From a virus (lineage: Duplodnaviria; Caudoviricetes), in the IMG/VR virus record IMGVR_UViG_3300028048_000052, positions 96,001-160,000 of that record: DNA of 64,000 nucleotides; one strand, given 5' to 3'. This document shows, piece after piece, positions 42,986 through 50,835 of the stretch (within the stretch, counting starts at the first letter, position 1; every line of letters begins with the position of its first letter). Made by a program: the position numbers and the translations under genes. The notes beneath the pieces are model-generated. The model saw nothing but the letters and a program-made list of their open reading frames with translations, was not told where the DNA came from and made no database searches.

Positions 42986-43524
42986 TGAGAATTGCGGGGT
43001 TAATGAAAAATGATATGGTTGATGGGCAAGGCTTCTGCGTTTCTTTATGGATGCAGGGATGTCCCCACCATTGTAAAGGTTGCCAAAATCCCGAAACGTG
43101 GGATTTTAATGGCGGTACTGAAATTGGACTTATCCCCCTTTGAGATGAAATAGACAATGCGCTTAACGCTAACAACGTTAAGCGCAATTTCTCTATTTTA
43201 GGGGGTGAGCCACTGTGCCCAGAGAATATATTAAATACAAACCCAATTGGTTTGTATGTAAAAAATAATTATCCAGATAGAAAAATATTTTTATGGACTG
43301 GATATACAATTGAAGAAATAATAAAAATGGGAGAACCATATAACCATTGTTTTGTATGGGCCGATGTAATTATAGATGGTAAATATATAGAAGAACAAAG
43401 AGATATAACTTTAAAATTAAGGGGAAGTAAAAATCAAAGAATTATAACAATAGACCATTATGAAAATGGGCAGAATGTTTTAATGAATAAAGGAGATATA
43501 ATTTATGTTTATGATCCTAACTAA
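42985..43524 (+). CDS. nrdG: Anaerobic RNR activase (radical SAM; 1 TGA)
   Basis: GCPHHCKGCQNPETWDF, GGEP, WTGY, RGSKNQR; TGA at 43141 in frame. Confidence 0.92.
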
Positions 43525-43666
43525 CATCTTAAAAATAATCCTTACATTTTTATCATTATATTTAAGTAATTTACAATTTAAAAATGATAATAATAGAATG
43601 GGCGTATACTGAATCCTCGTGTCTTTTTATTGGCTTTTTAACTTTCTTTCTAGTTTGAATTTATAA
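43511..43666 (+). CDS. Small membrane protein (1 TGA)
   Basis: Hydrophobic 51-aa frame overlapping the nrdG end. Confidence 0.35.
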
Positions 43667-43689
43667 TAAAAATATGGTATAATATTAAT

Positions 43690-44196
43690 ATGATAAAAGT
43701 AAAAGATTTAAAAACATTATTGGCTTTGCCAAATCATTCACCAGAAGAATTAGCATTAGTAGAAGATGAAAATAAAGTTTATGTCTATAAAGATGAGTGG
43801 GTTGAATATAACCCAGAAGACGGAGGACTAACTTTAACTTTATATGATGTAAATAAATTAACTATGCCAAATCTTCCAGATTTAACCGATGAGCAAATTA
43901 AGGATGCGAAAAAGAAAATTGCTCAATTTATTCCTTCCAAGAGCAGATATTGGATGTTATTAAATAATGAAAAGAGATATTATACAGTATTTCATCTGGT
44001 TGACAATAAATCAATTTGTCTTGTTCCTAAAATTGAAGATGAAATTATTGAATGTTTAAAGGAACTTGGGACTATCAAAAGTATTGAAAAAGTTGATGAC
44101 GATGCAATTGAAGCTTGGGTAATTGACAAAAACGATGAAACTCCTTATGTATATTATCTATTTAATTATGATAAGGGGGTAATAGAATGCAAGTAA
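43690..44196 (+). CDS. Hypothetical protein
   Basis: ORF after a TG-TATAAT promoter. Confidence 0.65.
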   Translation: MIKVKDLKTLLALPNHSPEELALVEDENKVYVYKDEWVEYNPEDGGLTLTLYDVNKLTMPNLPDLTDEQIKDAKKKIAQFIPSKSRYWMLLNNEKRYYTVFHLVDNKSICLVPKIEDEIIECLKELGTIKSIEKVDDDAIEAWVIDKNDETPYVYYLFNYDKGVIECK

Positions 44197-44450
44197 TTTA
44201 TTGTAATATTAATATTTTTGATTATGAACAACAAGTTTATCTTGTTCGTGAAGGAGATTCAAAATTAATCGCTAAAATTCCTTTTGTTGAATTAGGAAAA
44301 GCTATGCCAGAGCTTTGTAATCAAAAAGAAATTTATACAGTTCATTTGTTCTGTAATGTGCCGGGTATGGCCGAACAGGCAGCCGACGCAATTGTTGAAC
44401 AAGAAATAAAGAAATATGGAAAGTCTAAAATTGAGGTTAAAGTAAATTAA
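44187..44450 (+). CDS. Hypothetical protein
   Basis: Coupled ORF. Confidence 0.6.
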   Translation: MQVIYCNINIFDYEQQVYLVREGDSKLIAKIPFVELGKAMPELCNQKEIYTVHLFCNVPGMAEQAADAIVEQEIKKYGKSKIEVKVN

Positions 44451-44451
44451 A

Positions 44452-44688
44452 ATGAAATATTTATTAAAGACAACGGATACTTACAGAGTTGATACCCTTG
44501 AAGAGGTTGAAAGATTAAGAGACGAAATGGAGCAGAGCGCTTGGTTTAATGTTAGCTCATTCTCCTATACTTATAAGTATAAGCCAAAACTTGATGAAGA
44601 ATATTATGTAGTAACGGTAAAGAAAAATATTACCGCAGAAGATATGCCAGATAGACAAGTTAAGGTTTCTTATGAGGTAGATGTATAA
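44452..44688 (+). CDS. Hypothetical protein
   Basis: GAGG RBS; coupled ORF. Confidence 0.6.
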   Translation: MKYLLKTTDTYRVDTLEEVERLRDEMEQSAWFNVSSFSYTYKYKPKLDEEYYVVTVKKNITAEDMPDRQVKVSYEVDV

Positions 44689-45287
44689 TGATTAAATTTG
44701 AAAAAGTCTCTAGGCTAGCTGATGTAGATTTTAATTTACCAGTTAGGAAAACAGCCAACAGCGCAGGATATGATTTTGAAGTCGCTGAAGATATTGTTAT
44801 ACCGCCGTATATGGAATTAATGAAATTTTTGGCAGAAAGAATTGCACAGATTGCAATGCTTGATAAAGAAAATCAAATCAAAGACGAAGAAGGCAATGTG
44901 ACTTCAGTAAGAGTAACGCCGATGGATTTAAAAGAGCTTGGCGATATTGTAAAAACATATAACGTAAAACCAACTCTTGTCTCTACTGGGGTTAAGTGCT
45001 ATCTTGATCCCGGAACTTGTCTTGAATTATCTGTAAGAAGTTCTACCCCATTAAAATACTGGTTAGTTCTTGCCAATAGTGTAGGAATTATTGATGCTGA
45101 TTATGCCGATAATCCTGATAATGAAGGCGAGATTTTCTTGCAATTAATTAACTTTGGGCCAGCGCCGATTTATCTTCACAAAGGAGATGTTATTGGTCAA
45201 GGAATTATTAAAAAATTTGAAATAACTGATGATGACACTGCCAAAGGTGAAAGACTTGGTGGCTTTGGATCAACGACGAAAGAATAA
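44688..45287 (+). CDS. dut: Trimeric dUTPase
   Basis: SAGYD, RSS, GIIDADY, QG and RLGGFGST motifs. Confidence 0.93.
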   Translation: MIKFEKVSRLADVDFNLPVRKTANSAGYDFEVAEDIVIPPYMELMKFLAERIAQIAMLDKENQIKDEEGNVTSVRVTPMDLKELGDIVKTYNVKPTLVSTGVKCYLDPGTCLELSVRSSTPLKYWLVLANSVGIIDADYADNPDNEGEIFLQLINFGPAPIYLHKGDVIGQGIIKKFEITDDDTAKGERLGGFGSTTKE

Positions 45288-45347
45288 ACTAGACAATTTG
45301 CTTGTCTAGTTTTTTTTATGTAAAATTTAATATAAGGAGATTATAAT

Positions 45348-45836
45348 ATGGAAAAATTATTAGCATTGGATCAAGCTTCAGTTATTACTGGCTATGCTAT
45401 TTTTGAAAATGATAAATTAGTCACCTATGGAAAAATTAAATTAGAAGATGAAGAAATTGGTCCAAGATTAGTTACTTTAAGAAATGAAATAAAAAAATTA
45501 ATAAATGAAAATAATATAACAACAATTGCATTTGAAGATATTCAAATGCAAGCCTCTGTTGGCAATAATGTTAAAACTTTTAAGGTTTTAGCTAATGTTT
45601 ATGGAGTTATATTAGAATTATGTGAAGAATTACAGTTAAAATATAAAATTGTATCTTCTAACACTTGAAAATCTACTTTAAAAATAAAAGGAAAAAGTAG
45701 ATCAGAACAAAAAAAGAATGCACAAAACTATGTCCAAGAGACATATGGCGTTAATTGCACGCAAGATGAGGCCGACGCTATTTGCATTGGATCCCATATG
45801 TGTATTGCGGAAGCCGGTATAAGTTGGGCAGATTAG
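45348..45836 (+). CDS. RuvC-like Holliday junction resolvase (1 TGA)
   Basis: LALDQAS..TGYA, FEDI, SNT*KS, QDEADAICIG; the last catalytic motif lies beyond the TGA. Confidence 0.85.
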
Positions 45837-45896
45837 TTAGAATAATACTCCTCGTTTTTTAATAATAATGATAGGCAAAAGGGGAGGAATAAACCA

Positions 45897-46499
45897 ATGA
45901 ATATTAATGCAGATGCAATGTTATCATATATTTTGGTTGCTGTTGGGGGATTTTTAATTAAATATCTTTGAGATAAAATGGTTGAAAATGGCAAAGAAAA
46001 ATCAGAAAAAGCTGAAGCGTATGATAAAAAAGTTTTAAGAGAGGTTGTAGAAGACATTGTAAAAGAGTCTTGTATGCAATTTAAAGGCGGATTAGAAGAA
46101 TCAATTAATGAATTTAAAGCTCATGCCGAAAATGAATTTAAAAGATATAGCGAAATGTATTGGAAAGCTGTTGGTAATTTAGAAGATGTTGAAAAGAACT
46201 TCAAACATTTAAGAGAACAAGATTTAGCATTTTATAAATACCAATTAATTAATAGCTGTAAAAAATATATTTCACAAGGTTTTATTACACAATATCAATT
46301 TGATAGATTAAGTGAATTACATAAGATTTATCATGATTTAGGCGGTAATAGCCAAGGTGATATGTATTATGAAAAAGCAACTCAATTAAAAATTATTAGC
46401 GATAATTCTTATAAAGCAATTGATCAAATGGATGATGAATTATATGTTACGGAGGCCGATATGAAAGACCTGCACGTAAAAAAAGAGGAAGAACAATAA
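45897..46499 (+). CDS. TM plus coiled-coil protein with YHDLGGN motif (holin-associated type; 1 TGA)
   Basis: GGAGG RBS; ATG 45897 is in frame with track ORF 45978 through a TGA. Confidence 0.65.
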
Positions 46500-46518
46500 A
46501 GTTCTTCCTCTTTTTTTA
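46480..46518. terminator. Bidirectional terminator at the strand convergence
   Basis: AAAAGAGGAAGAAC-aataaa-GTTCTTCCTCTTTT. Confidence 0.7.
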
Positions 46519-46563
46519 TTTATCTGGACCTTCTACATAGGCAGCCAGTTAGCCTCATGTTTA

Positions 46564-46869
46564 TGGCAGGGGGCGAAGGACTCGAACCCTCATAGCCGAG
46601 GTTGGAGCTCGGTTCGCGGTTTTGCGTACCACTGCAATTTTCATTGCCCTTGCGGTTTGTGGTCTGGACTATATCTTCACCATATATCTCTACTTAGGTG
46701 GCTGATTATCTAGTCTCTACGGGCCAAATTACTCTGTTCCCTCGGTGTTACCAGTTAAGGATTCACCGATATCATCAGCTCCACTATTACTGTTTCCAGT
46801 AATAGGCTCCAATTGAGTAAAATTACTCTTTTTAAAGACCGATTCCGTTCCCAACGGTGAAAACCCCCT
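46564..46869 (-). tRNA. Atypical tRNA, anticodon UCA after splicing (putative Trp opal decoder); exons 46869-46835 and 46624-46564
   Basis: Acceptor AGGGGGT/GCCCCCT-G-CCA; T arm GAGGG-TTCGAGT-CCTTC; spliced anticodon arm CGGT-CTT|CAAA-ACCG; extra CCGAG-CTCCAAC-CTCGG arm. Confidence 0.85.
46625..46834 (-). ncRNA. 210-nt group I intron (IC3-like) inside the tRNA anticodon
   Basis: P1 CTT|T-AAAA-AGAG with U.G pair; CTATTACTG-GAAA-CAGTAATAG; GCTGAT/ATCAGC P3; GTAGAGACTA and AAGATATAGTCC core; terminal G. Confidence 0.9.
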
Positions 46870-46871
46870 AT

Positions 46872-47060
46872 TTATTCTCCTAATGCATCTTCATCAGTAA
46901 CTAACATCCATTTATTACGAAATAAAATCGTTTTATATGGATATAAAGTTTCTGTTTCTTTTATATAAATATATAATTTTATTTCTTCTGGAAATTCTTG
47001 CCCAAAAAGCCAAGTTTCTACTTTCTGGAATTGTTCCATGTTATCAACAGTTAATATCAT
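46872..47060 (-). CDS. Hypothetical protein directly upstream of the tRNA
   Basis: Follows TTGGTA-N17-TATAAT; stop codon 2 nt before the tRNA 5' end. Confidence 0.55.
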   Translation of the reverse strand: MILTVDNMEQFQKVETWLFGQEFPEEIKLYIYIKETETLYPYKTILFRNKWMLVTDEDALGE

Positions 47061-47149
47061 ATTCTTATTCCTTTTCTATTTATATTATACTATATTTTTT
47101 TTATTTTTACCAATAAAAAAATGGGGAGCAAACGCTCCCCTTATTTTTT

Positions 47150-47599
47150 TTACTCTTCAATTGTAGACAATTCCGGTGCTACTTCAGGTGTAGGGACAAT
47201 AACCGGAATGTATTTGTTTGCATTAACAGCAGCCTCAATTTGTTGCTTAATATATAACTCTAAATCACCAACAATATTAGTAAGATAAACCTGCGCCTCA
47301 TCTGTTAAAATCGCTAATACGGCATCATATGTCTTTTTAAAAGCTTCTTTTTGCGCTTCGGCATCAAAAGCATTTTTATCTTTTAAAGCATCGACATAAG
47401 TTTGATTTGTAGCAATAACACAAGTTTCAATGGTATTCATTAACAAATCCATATATTTTCTTGCTAATTCATTATCTGTAGAAGCAGCGGCCTCTGCCTT
47501 TTTAATCTTTAAATATTCAATTAAAAAATTACAGAGAATACCCAAAAGTGGAATAATGCAAACCTGAAAAATCTTTTCTAATAATTCTACGTAGTTCAT
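47150..47599 (-). CDS. LL-H-type holin-like protein
   Basis: N-terminal TM; CVIATNQTYVDALK...IEAAV pattern. Confidence 0.65.
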   Translation of the reverse strand: MNYVELLEKIFQVCIIPLLGILCNFLIEYLKIKKAEAAASTDNELARKYMDLLMNTIETCVIATNQTYVDALKDKNAFDAEAQKEAFKKTYDAVLAILTDEAQVYLTNIVGDLELYIKQQIEAAVNANKYIPVIVPTPEVAPELSTIEE

Positions 47600-47710
47600 T
47601 ATAAAAATCCTCCTTATATACTATATTATATAAAAAAAATATAGATAAAACATATTGATTTTGCTTATTTTTTATGATATAATATAAATATAAAAGGAGA
47701 AAAAATATTT

Positions 47711-47908
47711 ATGAAATTTATAAACGATTTAAAAGAAAAAGGTTATTTATGGATTATTATGCCGAAAAGAAACAGAAAAAGATTTTATGCAACAAAAGAA
47801 GATATTGGCCCAGATGGAAAATTTAAAGACGATGATAAATTTGATGAGTATTCTTTAGAAAAAGACGAAATTTGGGATTTAGAAAAAGGCCAATGGTTCA
47901 GAATATAA
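47711..47908 (+). CDS. Hypothetical protein, solo transcription unit
   Basis: Own TG-TATAAT promoter, AGGAG RBS and downstream terminator. Confidence 0.55.
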   Translation: MKFINDLKEKGYLWIIMPKRNRKRFYATKEDIGPDGKFKDDDKFDEYSLEKDEIWDLEKGQWFRI

Positions 47909-47944
47909 AAAAATAGGGAGAACATAAAGTTCTCCCCTTTTTTA

Positions 47945-48580
47945 TTATAAAATCGTTCAATATAATTTTAATTCATGGTTTTCATCTTCAATAATACGTC
48001 TTAATTCTGTAAAAATTTCTTCCCATACAGATGGGGCAGCAATTTCTTCAAGAGGATTTTCCGCATCATTAAGATATGTATCGCCCATGCCTTTTAAAAT
48101 TTTACTTTGAGCTACTTGGGTATTGATGATATAATCAAAATCATATTCATTTTCCCCATTTAATCTTTCAGTTTTATTTAAATGATAAAAACGAACGGCA
48201 TATTTAATATTGCCAGCGGCGGCAGTCGCATTTCCTTGAATAACCCAAGGAATAAGCATTTTGCCCTCGCTCGCATATGTTTCTAAATCATAAACAGGAA
48301 CAAGATATATATACGGTTCATCTTTTGCATTAATAAACTCAATAATGCAAGTAGATTGGGCCAAATCATACGTTTCATAATATCTATCCACAATAAAGAA
48401 TACTGTTTCAGCGGTATGATCGGTTTCTGTGCTTAAATATACTGGAGCATCAACGGTTCTTGAATTAAGATCAATCGCATATATTAATTCATCAGATGGT
48501 ATATTTAATGCCTCCGTGCGCAAATGCTCGTTTCTAATTTCCTGTAAATGGCTTAAATATTCTTGTGCGGATGTAATCAT
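47945..48580 (-). CDS. BppU-like baseplate protein (C-terminal TGA)
   Basis: IDLNSRT...FIVDRYYE..DL...W.I...T..AG.I.YAVRF; ends KLY*TIL. Confidence 0.6.
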
Positions 48581-48599
48581 AACGATTTACCTCCTTATA

Positions 48600-50501
48600 T
48601 TATAAAGCAAATTTAATGACGTTAGAAGGCTTTGAATCCTCAGTATTTTCTACTTTATTAATAGCTTTGAAATAGAAATAACCATCATCATCTGGCACAT
48701 AAACATCTGAATTTGCTCCTTCAATTAACAAGTCGTCGCTGGCTTCTGCCGGATTTGGGTCCTGCTCATCAACAACTTTATACCATTGAATTTGTAATTC
48801 ATCGCTTAAACCATTAATAACAATATTTGCTTTAATCTTATTTTCTCTTGCGACAGAACCATCTTCAGCATCTAAAGGTTGGTTATCAGCTGTTAATAAT
48901 GTCGCATTAACTTCATCAACTTTTGCTGGCTTAACAACTCTACAAATAACACTAGAAAGTGTATCTTCATGGTCACCATTTAATTTATTAATAATAGTAA
49001 TCTTATAATATCCTTCTTCTGCTTTATGCATATCAATGCTAATTGTATTCTCATTAACATCAAAGCTAATAGGTGGCTCATATCCTTCAACTGCTTCAAC
49101 AGCAGGAACTTTAATATCGCCCTCAACAAAAGCAGGCTCTTCTCCAGCAGCAGTAGCTCTTTCAAGTTCAGCGGCTGCTTCTTCAGCAGTATAAAGAACT
49201 GCCTCTTGTGCTTCAACACCTTCAACAGGAACTAAGTCAACAGCTACAAATTCAGCTGAATCTAAATCTAAATCCTTTTCAGCGCTACTGGTCTTTTCAA
49301 TTATTAAATCAATATCACCAACAATAGCATCATTAATCTTTTGTCTATTTACAACAATAACAAGATTAGCGCCATCTTCAATAACCAATTTTTCTGCCAT
49401 ATCTTCAGTAATTTCAAGTTTAATTGGAGCAGGAATTTCACAAACCGTACTCTTTGAACTTGCAACAGAAGTATGATATTTAAATTTTACTGGTTCTTCG
49501 CTTACATTTTCGCCATCAAAAATGTACTCTTCATTATCAACAATTTCCTTCATGCCAAATACGACAACATAATATTGGCCAGAAGAGGTAACTGTCAATG
49601 CCGGAGAATATTCGCCATCAATCTGCGCGAAATCTGGGTCATTGGCACCTTTCTTGTACCACTTATAAGCCATTGCGTCATAAGAATCGCCCTCTGGCGC
49701 AGCCGCATTAACAGATAAAATTGCAGATGCTGGTGTGCCTTCTGGAGCGCCAGCCGGAACTTCTAAATCAATAACGTATGCAGGTAAGTCACCATCTTCT
49801 GCAAAAACAGGGCAATAAGCAATTTGTCCGCCCATTAATCTGCTAGCGATTTTATCTGCAACATTTTCAAATTCAACATTTTCATCAGTTAAATCAAAGT
49901 CTAAACTTGCTTTGACAGCAACAGCGGCAGCCTGAGTAGCAAAGCTATACGCAATCTTGCCACCTTCATCATATTGCATAATACGAACTGCAAATCTAAT
50001 ATTACCGGCTTTTGCTGTTAAATGATCGGCGGTTAATGCCCAACCAAAATAAATATATTCTGGGTCTGTATCAGCGTCAATAGCGTAAGCCCAAGAAGCG
50101 CCCTTAGCGCCATCTGGTGCTTCCCATTGAATTAAGATATGTAAATTACCATCTTTTAATTCTTCACCGACAACACCAGCTGCCTTACCGAAATCCTTAA
50201 TATCAAAGTAACGGTTAATTCTGAACCAAACTGTTTCTGCTAATTCATCACTAACAACGCCAACGCCATTTTTACTGAAAGAAGATGGAATTTTAATAGT
50301 TCTTTCATTCGCATCAATTAAAAAGATTTCTTCGTCTTCATGGCCTTCTTCATATAAAGGTAAGCGTACATACTTAGGACTAATAGCTTTTAATTGCGCG
50401 AGACTATTTAAATATTGATCAATATCTAAACTTTCTACGCCTAAATCGGCCGCAGCCAATTCAAAAAGTTTAGCTTCCTTACTATTTACATAAGTAATCA
50501 C
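48600..50501 (-). CDS. BppU-like domain plus Ig-like repeats, virion protein
   Basis: N-terminus paralogous to the previous gene (IDANERT..FRINRYFD..AGNIRFAVR); YKWYK and IQWYK..GYFY Ig-like motifs. Confidence 0.6.
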   Translation of the reverse strand: MITYVNSKEAKLFELAAADLGVESLDIDQYLNSLAQLKAISPKYVRLPLYEEGHEDEEIFLIDANERTIKIPSSFSKNGVGVVSDELAETVWFRINRYFDIKDFGKAAGVVGEELKDGNLHILIQWEAPDGAKGASWAYAIDADTDPEYIYFGWALTADHLTAKAGNIRFAVRIMQYDEGGKIAYSFATQAAAVAVKASLDFDLTDENVEFENVADKIASRLMGGQIAYCPVFAEDGDLPAYVIDLEVPAGAPEGTPASAILSVNAAAPEGDSYDAMAYKWYKKGANDPDFAQIDGEYSPALTVTSSGQYYVVVFGMKEIVDNEEYIFDGENVSEEPVKFKYHTSVASSKSTVCEIPAPIKLEITEDMAEKLVIEDGANLVIVVNRQKINDAIVGDIDLIIEKTSSAEKDLDLDSAEFVAVDLVPVEGVEAQEAVLYTAEEAAAELERATAAGEEPAFVEGDIKVPAVEAVEGYEPPISFDVNENTISIDMHKAEEGYYKITIINKLNGDHEDTLSSVICRVVKPAKVDEVNATLLTADNQPLDAEDGSVARENKIKANIVINGLSDELQIQWYKVVDEQDPNPAEASDDLLIEGANSDVYVPDDDGYFYFKAINKVENTEDSKPSNVIKFAL

Positions 50502-50601
50502 TCTTATTTCCTCCCTTTTTCATTAATATAGGTTGGTTAGAGAGCTTTCGCTCTCTAACCGTATTTTTTATCTATTATATTTTAGTTTTTCAAGGTGCTA
50601 A

Positions 50602-50817
50602 TTAGATGGATTTGCCCTTGACTTCCTTCCACTTAGATGCTTCTTCTTCGTCAGCGACTCTAACGGAATTAACAAAGGTTTTATTATCTTTTGTTAAGAC
50701 TTTTCCTTCATCAGCAACTAAACTAATGGTTTTTACTGAATAAATTCCTTCAAGATGGACAGGAGAATCAATAACTCCATTAGTTCCTAAATAACGATAC
50801 ATTATAGTTTGTCTCAT
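50602..50817 (-). CDS. Small tail-fibre-associated protein
   Basis: LVADEGKVLT...W.EV pattern; GGAGG RBS. Confidence 0.5.
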   Translation of the reverse strand: MRQTIMYRYLGTNGVIDSPVHLEGIYSVKTISLVADEGKVLTKDNKTFVNSVRVADEEEASKWKEVKGKSI

Positions 50818-50835
50818 TTTGTTTTTAATCCTCCT

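Noticed and set aside
46564-46869. tRNA-Sec interpretation (UCA, long variable arm, extended D stem, G73)
   Set aside because: Acceptor/T stems are 7/5 rather than 8/5, the acceptor sequence is Trp-like, no sel genes are in the window, and TGA codons align with Trp rather than Cys. Serylation is not formally excluded.
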